DNA of 63,691 nt, the filler included, from Globobulimina sp. (lineage: Eukaryota), in the NCBI GenBank assembly GCA_003354225.1. It is 35 parts of 35 records of this genome, joined end to end, with 100 filler letters (N's around TTAATTAATTAA, not from the genome) between each part and the next. Parts side by side here need not be neighbours in the genome. Positions count along the whole stretch, not along the records: positions 1 to 1,724 come from PIVH01012681.1; positions 1,825 to 3,548 come from PIVH01012682.1; positions 3,649 to 5,372 come from PIVH01012683.1; positions 5,473 to 7,196 come from PIVH01012684.1; positions 7,297 to 9,020 come from PIVH01012685.1; positions 9,121 to 10,844 come from PIVH01012686.1; 29 more parts are not named here. The stretch is one strand, 5' to 3'. This document shows, one piece after another, positions 1 through 10,944 of this stretch; the first letter of the stretch is position 1, and every line of letters begins with the position of its first letter. The position numbers and the translations under genes are program-made. A model generated the notes under the pieces. That model had not been told where the DNA came from. It saw only the letters and a list, made by a program, of their open reading frames with translations, and made no database searches.

Positions 1-353
1 CTAAGAAATCTTCTTTTCTTATAGGCTCTACAAACTCTACATCGCCATCTGACATCTCGTCCCTCCACATTCCAGATACTCCCAATATCACTGCTAATGC
101 TGCCACCGCTATTTGTAATATTGGTCGCTTTCTGATGTATGGTTTATAGTTTGTATACACTATGCAATAAAGGCAAGGCAGGCAAGGCACACACTTTGTT
201 TCTGGATGGACCAGCATCATATAGTTATCTGGGTCATCGTCTGCTGGTGTATTTATTTGCGGTTTATATTGTCCAACTTTGGCTGCTTTCTTTGAAAGTT
301 CCATGTTTGCAAAAAAAACTTACTGAAGCGCACTTTGAATTTCTTATTGTCAT

Positions 354-1724
354 TTATATCGTATCAAAACGACGTACCATATTTCTTATTGTGTCATCAT
401 GGTACACCATCATTTTATTTAATTTAACCTGCAGCACTCGTGGCATTGCAAGTTTGTGTTTAATAAATTGTTTAAGAACCCATTTAGCAAACTTATCAGC
501 TTTCTTCTTATCATTTTCATACTTTGTTTTCCCAACAACTGTAAAATTGTTTAATGCCAAAGCATTGGGTTTGATATCTTGTTTCAACATTTGTTTATAT
601 AATTTCTTTAGTTTTTTCATGTCAATATTCTCTTTCCCAAAAGCACCAATACAATGAAATAGCAATCCATACGTTACAACATCCATTGGTAACTCGCATT
701 TGTTGAGCAATAAATCTTTAATTATATAATCAATTAATTTCCAACCGTCCACAAAACTGATCTCATGATTGTTTATAATGGCTTTCAGTGTGGAACCAAA
801 ACAACTTCGCAATGTCCTTTCATTCCAATCATTTTTCCAAACATATCCAGTCTCCGCTAATTCCAACAATTTGTCCCCTCGCAAGTATTGATTCCTTTGT
901 GGACAGTGTTGTTTGTCCAACTGTTTCTTGATAACAACCTTTAACAATTTCATACATACTTCTATATTTCCAGCATTTCCATACAAATCAATCATCGTTG
1001 CGTACACATTGTCGTGTGGGTCGTGCAGACATTTATCGCGACATTGTTTAAATAAGTTTTCACCGATTGCTAGAAAATCCACTTTACTTCGCACTTGAAC
1101 ATCATGGCATCGTTCAAACTTTGAGTTCCTTTTATATAATTTAGAGACTGCTGATATAACATTACCATATGTGATATCATTCGGCTTCACCTCATATTGA
1201 TTGCACATTTCATCCAATAATGTTAAAATATGCGTCAACAGCACAGCATTATCACTTCTCTGCAATAGACATTGTTTAATATTTAAATCAATGAATGAAT
1301 ACCAAACTTGTGCACTTACTAATAACTCGCTGTTGGAATCTTGTAATTTGTTCCAAATATGGTGCGCTTCATTCCATTGCTGGTATTTTGTCAAAAATGA
1401 AAACGTTGCTGTTATTAATTGGTAGTTTGGTTTGATTTTAAAAGTTTCCACCTCATTCATCAATTGCTTATATATTTGAATCACTTTATCTTCGTTTTTA
1501 TAAATATTCGAATGGTTCAATATCCAAATCATATGATAATATACGTTGGCATCAACAATGAATTTTGACTTTGCAAACTCAAATAATTGCCAACATACTT
1601 CATAATCATTGAAACTCGAACATTTCCTGATTGCTCTATGGATATCTTCTGCGGTTTGATCATCTTTTCGATGTATTACAAAATTCCAAATTTCTTGCGA
1701 TGTTTTACATGATAGAATTGGATC
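354..1724 (-). CDS. Pentatricopeptide-repeat (PPR)-like protein, 5' partial
   Basis: The frame is open from the contig edge. PPR-like motifs: KPNYQLITATF, KPNDITYGNVISAVSK, NVYATMIDLYGNAGNIEVCMKLL, MDVVTYGLLF, DIKPN. Confidence 0.75.
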   Translation of the reverse strand, partial: DPILSCKTSQEIWNFVIHRKDDQTAEDIHRAIRKCSSFNDYEVCWQLFEFAKSKFIVDANVYYHMIWILNHSNIYKNEDKVIQIYKQLMNEVETFKIKPNYQLITATFSFLTKYQQWNEAHHIWNKLQDSNSELLVSAQVWYSFIDLNIKQCLLQRSDNAVLLTHILTLLDEMCNQYEVKPNDITYGNVISAVSKLYKRNSKFERCHDVQVRSKVDFLAIGENLFKQCRDKCLHDPHDNVYATMIDLYGNAGNIEVCMKLLKVVIKKQLDKQHCPQRNQYLRGDKLLELAETGYVWKNDWNERTLRSCFGSTLKAIINNHEISFVDGWKLIDYIIKDLLLNKCELPMDVVTYGLLFHCIGAFGKENIDMKKLKKLYKQMLKQDIKPNALALNNFTVVGKTKYENDKKKADKFAKWVLKQFIKHKLAMPRVLQVKLNKMMVYHDDTIRNMVRRFDTI

Positions 1725-1824
1725 NNNNNNNNNNNNNNNNNNNNNNNNNNNNNNNNNNNNNNNNNNNNTTAATTAATTAANNNNNNNNNNNNNNNNNNNN
1801 NNNNNNNNNNNNNNNNNNNNNNNN
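1725..1824. other. Artificial contig spacer (N44-TTAATTAATTAA-N44); the first of 34 identical spacers
   Basis: The same 100-bp spacer, with stops in all six frames, recurs every ~1.82 kb. Contig lengths fall monotonically from 1724 to 1721 bp. Confidence 0.99.
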
Positions 1825-1825
1825 T

Positions 1826-2170
1826 GATAAAAATTGTACTGTGATGTATATGATTCTAAGCGAAAATTCTGCAATGAAACAGTTAATTGATGTATGCGAT
1901 GCCGTATTTGATGAAATTACAAAAACATTGTTCAATGATAAGAAGAATGTGATTGTGCATTGCAACGAGGGACGAACTCGATCGCCAACAGTGACCTATT
2001 TGTATCTGATATTGGTTCTGCAATGGATATCATCGAAAGCAAAACATTATCTTTCTGGATCCAGATATATGCATTGCATCAATTCTTCCAAAGCTAAACA
2101 ACTTATCGCAGAATTCAAGAAAAAATACGCAATAAATTCTAATCAAACAAATAGTGATCAAACGCCATAA
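1826..2170 (+). CDS. Dual-specificity phosphatase domain, 5' partial
   Basis: VIVHCNEGRTRS matches the HCxxGxxRS PTP loop. Confidence 0.8.
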   Translation, partial: DKNCTVMYMILSENSAMKQLIDVCDAVFDEITKTLFNDKKNVIVHCNEGRTRSPTVTYLYLILVLQWISSKAKHYLSGSRYMHCINSSKAKQLIAEFKKKYAINSNQTNSDQTP

Positions 2171-2387
2171 TTATAATATACTTTTAATCAATGCAGATTA
2201 ATTTTTGTTTGAAATAAAACAACTTATTATGGCTACAACTGTAAACTCCGATGATAGCTGCACGAGTTACCTTCGAACTTCTATGTTTCCCATAAGAAAT
2301 GTCACCATATTAAAATAGTTAAATAGTTACAAAATCATTTGTTAGTAAGCATTTTAAACAAGTCCCTAAAACTTTCAGCCAAAAGCG

Positions 2388-2650
2388 CACTGCAGTCACA
2401 ACTATAAAGCGCACTGCAGACAAAGCTGCAGCATTTTCAAAGTCTGACTTAGAAAAACATTTTATGACCGTTTTCTGGACATAAAATGATATTAGAATTA
2501 TTTTCTGAGCAAATCGTTTTTCTGATCAATTTCTAACATTTACAGACCATTTTCAAATTCAAATTGTTTTCTGGTGATATTCTGAAATTTGTCTAATCAT
2601 TTTCTAATATCAGAAAAGTGATATTGATGTTAGACAAATTTTAGAAAAAC
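2388..2650 (+). mobile_element. CACTGCAG-terminus DNA transposon end(s) with subterminal repeats
   Basis: CACTGCAGTCACAACTA at 2388 is identical to the TIR at 53301. A second CACTGCAGACA lies at 2412, followed by many TTTTCT(G/A)/(T/C)AGAAAA motifs in both orientations. Confidence 0.55.
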
Positions 2651-2789
2651 GACAAAAACAAATCATGAATCTAGCTCTTAATTCGTGAATAATCATCAAA
2701 ATATTGCCTTGGAATATGATAATAATAATTATTGTTAGTATCATTGTCTAAATCCATGTTATGTTCTTGCTACTTGTTGTCCTTTATAT

Positions 2790-3485
2790 GCATAAATAAA
2801 TACGCCGCTGCACGCACCGCTTGTCATAATATAATGTAAGTAACAAACGCGGCAAATTAGTCCATATTCCATACATAAATATGTGGTGCTCTGTACACAC
2901 AGTTTAATTTGTCATCATAACAATCAATATAATAATACAGAATAACTTTAACAGATTACCATGATTTGAAAATGAAAAATTGCTCCAAATACCATCAAAA
3001 TCACATTTAAATCACATACTAACCCAAATCACATGAAACCACATTCAAAATATTCATTTTAGTAATTTTCAATGAGTCCAATACATGAAAACATATCCGT
3101 TATTTTCAACAAAAAATAATATAATACATAATATTTTCCAACAAATAAATCCGATTGTATCTATTTGAAAAGGAGGAATTGCTCCAAATACACTCAAAAT
3201 CATTCCATAATCACATACTAGCCCAAATTCCATGATATTATATTCAATATATTCCATTCAATACATTTAAATGAGACCAATGCATGCGGTCATATTAGGA
3301 CAAATTGTGTAATAATTTCCATATTAAAATAAATAAGGTGCTATGTACACACAGTCTGCCATCAATATAATGCTGCGATGGCACTGTATATATCCATAAA
3401 TAAATCCGGTCCTTATGTACACACCGATTACCATCATTATAATGCTGCGATGACAATCATGACACTGTATCATCCATAAATAAAT
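2790..3485. repeat. Degenerate local duplications
   Basis: ATTGCTCCAAATAC...AATCACATACTA(A/G)CCCAAAT occurs at ~2980 and ~3178. TGTACACAC...TATAATGCTGCGATG...CACTGTAT...TCCATAAATAAATC occurs twice in 3340-3485, with a related TGTACACAC unit at ~2890. Confidence 0.6.
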
Positions 3486-3648
3486 CAGATTGTTTCAGTT
3501 AAACGACAATAAAGTAACCCATGCCAAAAAAAGATTAGTTAAATTGTTNNNNNNNNNNNNNNNNNNNNNNNNNNNNNNNNNNNNNNNNNNNNTTAATTAA
3601 TTAANNNNNNNNNNNNNNNNNNNNNNNNNNNNNNNNNNNNNNNNNNNN

Positions 3649-5076
3649 TTTTCTGGTGGTGATTCCAAAAAAAATGGCGACAAAAAAGAAACCAATGCCC
3701 CGAGTAACACTATGAGCTCATCAGCAAATAATTCGTTTTCACGGCCACAAAACAACAACAATAATGGAGGTGCTGGTGCCGGCACTTCCTGGCTAACAAC
3801 GGCCGCCACCACTGAGCAAAAAGCAAAAAATAATGAAAATACCGGTGCGCAAAAGCCAACAAATAATAATAATACAGTTGCACCAGCAAATAGTAACACA
3901 TTTTCATGGAATACGCAAGATAAGAATACGGATAATAGCAAACCTGTGAGTTTGTTTGGTGGTGGTTCGTCATTTTTCAATAAGGACGATGATAAGAAAA
4001 AAGAAGAAAAGACCAACACCAATGCCCCAAAAGCCACCACCACCGCAGTGGCAGCACCAGCCAGTACAATCTCCGCTGTTACGGGCAGTTTCCAGTCGCA
4101 ACCAGCAGCAAATCCATTTAGTTTTGGATCTACAACGAATAATCCACAACAAAACAGCACTAATTTCGGCTTAGGAGTATCCACCGCCGTAGCCACGCAA
4201 TCACAGCCAAGCAAAACAGCGACAAACACCCAAAACGAACAAAAACAACCACCCCAAAACACGCAAAACAGCCAACCAGAACAGAAACAAAATGCGCAAA
4301 CTACGCAAAATGCACAAAACCAAAACGCGCAAAAAAGCCAAAATAAAAAGGCAAATTCCAACATGAATGCAAACAGATTGCGTTTGAATGATTATTCCGT
4401 GGACCAAATATTACGAATTTGGGAGTCCGAGTTAGAAGAAGATGTTTCGAGTTACATCCAACACAGCGCACAAATACGACATTGGGACGCAAAATTATTT
4501 GAGAACTCGTCGACAATCATCAAGCTACAAAAAGAAGTGGCTTCCTTAGTCGATACGCAGTGCGGTTTTAACACAGAATTAGAGAAAATACGTTCGCAGC
4601 AACAAAACCTCAATTCGATTATCGAAGATTTGGAGAAAACGTTGCCAACTTCTTCGGGATCGCAGGGCCAGGGACGCAGTCAGGGACAGTCGCGCGATTC
4701 GACGGTGTCTGGTCCATTGCAGTTGCACTCGCAGGGCGGCAGTGAGAATGCGTCCTTTTTGTCCATGTTGTCGCCGTCGGTGATTGTGGAGGATGAGAGT
4801 GCGGAGCATATGAATGGAGGCCGCGAGGTGAACAGAGATGATATTTATGGGATGGCGGAAACGATTGATACGAATCTAACGAGTTTGAACGAAAGGTTGC
4901 AAGTTAAAATCAACGATTTGAATCAATCCAATCAAACGTTTAAGAATCAAAAACATCCGTTGACGCCGGTGGTGGATATATTGAACAATCACATGGCGTC
5001 TTTGAATTGGATCGACCAAAAGACACAAGAGATATCGCTCAAAATCAATCAAATTCAAAATAATATTCCGAAATAG
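3649..5076 (+). CDS. NUP62: Nucleoporin Nup62/Nsp1, 5' partial
   Basis: FG/T/N/Q-rich N-terminal region, then the Nsp1_C coiled coil (ILRIWESELEE...IRHWDAKLFEN) and the C-terminal HPLTPVVDILNNHMASLNWID. Confidence 0.9.
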   Translation, partial: FSGGDSKKNGDKKETNAPSNTMSSSANNSFSRPQNNNNNGGAGAGTSWLTTAATTEQKAKNNENTGAQKPTNNNNTVAPANSNTFSWNTQDKNTDNSKPVSLFGGGSSFFNKDDDKKKEEKTNTNAPKATTTAVAAPASTISAVTGSFQSQPAANPFSFGSTTNNPQQNSTNFGLGVSTAVATQSQPSKTATNTQNEQKQPPQNTQNSQPEQKQNAQTTQNAQNQNAQKSQNKKANSNMNANRLRLNDYSVDQILRIWESELEEDVSSYIQHSAQIRHWDAKLFENSSTIIKLQKEVASLVDTQCGFNTELEKIRSQQQNLNSIIEDLEKTLPTSSGSQGQGRSQGQSRDSTVSGPLQLHSQGGSENASFLSMLSPSVIVEDESAEHMNGGREVNRDDIYGMAETIDTNLTSLNERLQVKINDLNQSNQTFKNQKHPLTPVVDILNNHMASLNWIDQKTQEISLKINQIQNNIPK

Positions 5077-5472
5077 TTGACAATATGCTGTTTTTTTTAT
5101 TTATTCTGATTTCGCTTAATTTAAAATTTGGGTTTATAACATCATTATTCTCTTCTTGCATTTTCTCACAGAAACAAACTGGACTTGTGCTGCTGACGGC
5201 ATTTTTCCATAAAGCCAGCTTTCTATTAAAATCAAATGTTAGTAGGCCCGGACCCGCCCGGTGGTTATGATCAAGATACAGTATATTACTCACCAGGTTA
5301 TAGTTTAATAATTCAACTAAGGCCAGGACGACAGATATAGCAAGAATTTTCAGAGTCATATACTAATCTAAANNNNNNNNNNNNNNNNNNNNNNNNNNNN
5401 NNNNNNNNNNNNNNNNTTAATTAATTAANNNNNNNNNNNNNNNNNNNNNNNNNNNNNNNNNNNNNNNNNNNN

Positions 5473-6925
5473 AATGATGCGGGGCAATATCTAATCAATA
5501 ATGTTCCGAGAGCAACGATGGTATGATTTACTAAAACTGATGTCGAAGCAAACGATAATACATCACTTAAATCAACAAACATTGAGATGAATAGCGATAT
5601 AATTCCGTATGATAGAATAGATGTAAATGGTGTTCTTGTTTGGTGATGAACTTTACTCAAAACAGAAGGTAATAATCCATCTAAACTCATCCGATACGGT
5701 ACTCGCGATCCACCAACAATCGTTCCAAATAAATTTATGCTCAATGTACTAAATGCACCAAACGCACCTATTATATAATATTTATATTATTATTTTAATA
5801 ATTATAGGGATATTGCAGAGCATACATATTCGCTGTAAAGTTATCTCATTGTGAACTGCGAATGCTTCCGACAAAGGAGCTGTTTCGTCCAAACTAAAAA
5901 AAGGAACCATTCCAAATAAGCCTGAAAAAACAAAATTTATATCTCAGACTAATTATAACGTCGTAAAAGCCCGTAATACAAACCAAGCAAAATTATTTCA
6001 TACAACACAAACACCAGCAACAAAGTTACGTAAATTGCTCGTGGAATATCTCGGGTTGCATTGATGCTTTCTTCTGCCAAAAGTGTCGCTATTTCAGATC
6101 CCATAATTGCCCAAAAAGCAATGGGCGATGCTTGCATAATACCCGCAAATCCAAATGGAAGCCATGAATTGTTTGAATCAGCCGGACAGGATTCATTCGA
6201 ATAAACTTGATTATAATCACATGGATTTCTGATATATTCCCCATTCCACATTAATAAGCATGATGCGGTAAATAAGAGCAATAATAATATGTTCCAAACT
6301 GTGGCCAGATTCATTGTGGTTGTACCAATTTTGATATCGCATAATATCAACAAAGTAAATAACAGCACAAGTAAAGGTGCGACAATATTAATAGACAGCA
6401 TATTTGTGTCTGCAAATTCCATTCCAAACCAAACTGTATTTTCCAAGTCTTGTTTATTGAGATCTGATGATAGTGTCTCAACAAATGATCGTAAATAACC
6501 TGAAGCTGCAATGGCAGTAATTGATGCTATACAATAACCATTGAACGTATCTATCAATCCAACTGGAAATGCAACTGGTTCACCGATTGAAATGTACACG
6601 TAAGTGTACGTAGTACCTATGATGGGAAATCTTGATGAAAATTCTGCGTAACACAAAGCAGATAAAGCAGCAGAAAATAAGCCAAATAGCATTGATACCA
6701 ATAAGCCAGAGCCAGTGATATTTTTTCCAGCCGATCCGGCCAAAACATAAATTCCAGATCCTACCACATTACACACTGAGAATATCACCAAATCAAGAAA
6801 TTTATAATGACGTTTCAATCCATTGGCGTTATTCCATTGTAAATGTTTGGATTTGTATCTTGTGCTGTTGCCTTTAAAAAATCAGATAAACACGCTCTAC
6901 GTAGCAGTGACCTGAACATTGACAT
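5473..6925 (-). CDS. Cationic amino acid transporter (APC/SLC7 CAT-like), 3' partial, multi-exon
   Basis: Motifs VGSGIYVLAG, SALCYAEFSSRFP, EESINATRDIPRAI, RVPYRMSLDGLLP. GT-AG introns at 5983-5922 (62 nt) and 5825-5768 (58 nt) restore the frame. The 5' exon joining is uncertain. Confidence 0.88.
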
Positions 6926-6992
6926 TGGGAAATTGACAGATTTGGAAAAAAAACCTCAACAGCCTTATTTTTATTAAACAGCCTCGAGGCAA

Positions 6993-7196
6993 ATGATGAT
7001 GATTACAGTAATTGTTATGGCCATAGGAGTAATTTTTGGTGTGCATGGACAGGCATATCACGCTCATTGTGATTTAAAAATAACAGTATTTAATGAACAT
7101 TGTCTGTTGCTTAATTCATTCATTATTAATCAAACAAACAATAGAATTGGATTTGGTGAACAATGTAAATATTCTGATTTAGGAAATGAATTTTGT
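6993..7196 (+). CDS. Secreted Cys-containing hypothetical protein, 3' partial
   Basis: Signal-peptide-like MMMITVIVMAIGVIFGVHG, followed by HAHC...GEQCKY. Confidence 0.55.
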
Positions 7197-7296
7197 NNNN
7201 NNNNNNNNNNNNNNNNNNNNNNNNNNNNNNNNNNNNNNNNTTAATTAATTAANNNNNNNNNNNNNNNNNNNNNNNNNNNNNNNNNNNNNNNNNNNN

Positions 7297-7413
7297 AAAT
7301 GTTTTCAAACAGTATATTAACAGTGGTATTCCAATTATGTAGCAAACAATTAATATTAATACGGCAAATACTTGCGATGCGGTGATCCATCCTGCACTTT
7401 GGGGATGCGCCAT
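7297..7413 (-). CDS. N-terminus of a membrane protein, 3' partial
   Basis: ATG at 7413; MAHPQSAGWITASQVFAVLILIVCYIIGIPLLIYCLKTF forms a TM helix and the frame is open to the contig edge. Confidence 0.45.
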
Positions 7414-7459
7414 GTGTGAAATTATAGATGTGTTGTTTTGTAGAGAAAAACTTGAAGTA

Positions 7460-9020
7460 ATGTCATCTTTTGCACAGAGATTCTCCATCCAGATCCCCGC
7501 AAAGTGGATATTGTCTCGAGTTTGTCCATTTTTATACGCATTTTATTTGATAACAACGATTATCAATCTACCAGAATACCAGCATCAAACACGTTTTGTT
7601 ATGCACATTATTTTCATACTCATTCTGTTGACAGTCATCTTCTTCGATCCACCTAAATTATCAAGAAAACACTTCAAAAAATTGGACAACAAATTAATAA
7701 ACAAACTATTATTCGTCGGACTATTGCATATTATCTCCGATCACATATTTAATTTTTCTTTCATTCTCGCAAACAACGGGGTTTTCATACTTTCATTTAT
7801 TTCCAGTGCATTGTTCATTTTTGCATTAACATTTGCTGCCATCGCTTCCTTTCAATCTTTGGATGAAAAAAATATGAAAAAAAAACGTAATTTAATTAAA
7901 AACAATGCATTGCATGCGATTAATTATAAAATCACTAACAAACACACTCAAAATCCGCATGAAAATAAACACAAACAAACTATCAAAAAATTGGAAAAAA
8001 ATTACAAAAACGCCAAACATTTGCAGGCTTCCTCGGATTTAAAAGTTAAAAATTTACGCCAAAAAGTGGATAGATTGCACAAAGAAACTAAAAAATTAAA
8101 TGCAATGAATCTGAATCTAAAACATGAAATGAATAAAATGACGGATAAAAATACTTTAATAACAAATAAAATGAGATCAGAAATGGATAAAAATAAGAAA
8201 TCTCAACAAGACATTATTTGCGAGTTGGAGACAAAGTATGATTCCACACAACAGATTGTCGAAATTTATCGTGAAAAAAGTGACGAATTACATAAAGAGA
8301 ATCAATCATTGAAATTAAAAATATGTGACTTAGAAAAGGCAAATAATTATTACCAGCATGTATTATCAACAATGTCTAATTCTAAAAGTAAAAGGAATGG
8401 AATGGAAGTTATGAAGCCATTGACTTTGGTCTGTCAACAAAATGGATGGAATATCATCATTAATGACGAAAGTCGGCGCTCCTTTGCTGGATTGAAAAGA
8501 AACTGTTTCTCTGAAAAAGAGTTGGAGCGGTTCTCATATTCACACATTTTTATTACGTTTTGATTGAATGTGGTTGCAATCAATGGATTTGATATCGATT
8601 GCAACCATATTTAATACCCAATGCATAGAAATGACTGCACAATGCATGATATATACAGTTGGTGGCATTTGTTGACAAAAAGCGAAGACATTGCATGGAA
8701 TCGTCCAGATTTTTTACCGCGTAAATGTGCGTGGTTCGTGTCATCAGAATGTAGCTGTCGTTATCGATATGGTCATACATTATGGGAACCGATAAAATTT
8801 CCGAATTGGTTCATCTCGATGACACAGCGTGTATTATTTGAGACGGGTTTAAACTTTCAACATTTGCCCAATTGCTGCAATGTGAATTGGTATGAAACTG
8901 GCAATGATTCAGTTGGATGGCATTCTGACGATGAAATATTATTTAATTCGTTGTACGATGACTGTTTAATAATAAGTTTGTCATTGGGACAAGACAGGAT
9001 ATTTGAAATCAAATTAAATC
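7460..9020 (+). CDS. TM + coiled-coil + AlkB-family (ALKBH2/3-like) 2OG-Fe(II) dioxygenase, 3' partial
   Basis: PNCCNVNWYETGNDSVGWHSDDE (HxD) and IISLSLGQDRIF. A GT-AG intron at 8530-8658 joins the upstream ORF in frame (ELER|WWHLL). The start codon is uncertain. Confidence 0.75.
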
Positions 9021-9120
9021 NNNNNNNNNNNNNNNNNNNNNNNNNNNNNNNNNNNNNNNNNNNNTTAATTAATTAANNNNNNNNNNNNNNNNNNNNNNNN
9101 NNNNNNNNNNNNNNNNNNNN

Positions 9121-10795
9121 ATACCTTTCCATTCGAATCCAACTTGGATAGAATTAATTGCTTTAACTTCTCCTCGTTTCCTTTATTTATGATACGAGTT
9201 AAACTTTTAATGTCACACTGCTTCACTCGTTCACTCTCTTTATTCAATACAATGTGATAATAATCTCTCTTATTTTTGCGTGTTTTCTTTAATAAAACAT
9301 ATTTTTTATAAACCATATCATTTGCAAATTCTCTGCTCGTTTGTTGCATAATTTCTTTCCACGGAATACCACAATATTTAGCACAATATGCATGTATTGA
9401 ATGTAACATTATTTTCTCTCGAGAACCATCTAAAAAATCTCGTAATATCGCACTGCACATAATATCGGTGGCGGCTTCATCGGTGATCAAAAAATTATTA
9501 TTTTGATTATTGATATTATCATTTCTGACTTTATGTTTTTTTGCTTTTTGATCATCAATAATCACATTCGATTTTTTTACCATTTCCGTTGTAATGTTTT
9601 TTATGTGCATGTTTTTATCACATCGGACTTTATCAATATTTTCTTGTTTTTGTTTTTTTTCACGGTCACTAACTGTCACATTTCCAATCTTTGAATCTGA
9701 ATCAGAGTCAGAATCATCATCGGAATCAGAATCGTCATCGGAATCAGAATCAGAGTCATCATCAGAATCAGAATCAGAATCATCATCATCAGAATCGTCT
9801 GAATCAGAATCGTCAGAAAGTTTTTCTTCTTGTTTTGCTTTATTAGCAACCATCACTTTATTTTTTTTACGTTTCGGTTCATGATTCTCGCCATCACGCA
9901 ATGAACATACATCCATCTCCAATTTCCTTTTTTTATCCGTTGCCTTCTTTCCTTTGTTATTTATGATTTCCGTCAAACGTTTAATATCTAATTTTTTAAC
10001 CTGTTCACTCTCCGCATTCAATACAATAAACAAATTAAAATTTTCATGCTTTAACAGAACATGGCCAGATTCGACCATATCATCTACAAAATATCGCACT
10101 TTTTGTGTTATAATCTGTTTCCAAACCACACCAACATGTTTCTTACAAATATGGGGCACTGAACATAGCATTATTTTATCTCGTGATCCATCCAAAAAGT
10201 TCTTCAATATCGCACTGCGGACAATATTTTTGGCGGATTCACAGCTGATCGAATCACTATTTTTAGAATCATCACTGCTTTTTCTTGGAACTGCATCTTT
10301 TTTTGCTTGTTTTGCAGAATCAGCAAGCATCACATTTGATTTTTCATTTTTTAAATTTAATAAGTGCGCAAATGCTGATTTTTTATTTTTTATTTTTTCA
10401 TTTTTTATGATAATAATTTTTTTTTTTACCATTTCATTAAAAATGTTTCTCCAGCCTTTAAATGATCCATTAAATGTTTCTTTTATTTCAGAGCGTATTT
10501 GGGAGAGTAACATCTTTTGTTTTGGTGCCAATTTTAATAATGAAACCACAAAATCCTTCAATGATTTACATTCAACTTTATCAAGTGTTTGAATTTTATT
10601 TTTCTGATTATTATTATTTTTCTGATAATTTCTTTTATTTTTCGATCTATCATTGAATTTCTTTTTTGGTCTCATTTGTTTATTTTGTATTGATGGCGAA
10701 TTTTGTTGTTTTTTTGTTGTTTCTTGTGCTTTTTGTTCCTGATTTAATTCTTGAAATGTATTCATTAATAACTTTACAATAGATTTTGACTCCAT
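9121..10795 (-). CDS. Hypothetical basic protein with a duplicated ~95-aa domain and a Asp/Ser tract, 3' partial
   Basis: Long ORF with two copies of SAIL.xFLDGSRxKIML...IVLNxESExVKxxDIKxLTxIIN flanking (DS)n encoded at ~9690-9815. Confidence 0.75.
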
Positions 10796-10944
10796 GTTTC
10801 GTGGATAAATTGTAAAATATAAATCAGAAAACTGTAAACTAAATNNNNNNNNNNNNNNNNNNNNNNNNNNNNNNNNNNNNNNNNNNNNTTAATTAATTAA
10901 NNNNNNNNNNNNNNNNNNNNNNNNNNNNNNNNNNNNNNNNNNNN

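Noticed and set aside
3597..4364. Hydrophobic antisense ORF over NUP62 (and similar ones at 9594-10592)
   Set aside because: These mirror low-complexity N/Q/K/T or D/S codons on the sense strand.
6818..6925. -1 ribosomal frameshift at T-TTT-TTA (6881-6875) at the start of the amino acid transporter
   Set aside because: A -1 slip would restore the frame, but so would ordinary GT-AG introns (e.g. 47 nt, CAG|GTCACT...CAACAG) or a one-base homopolymer error. No special mechanism is needed.
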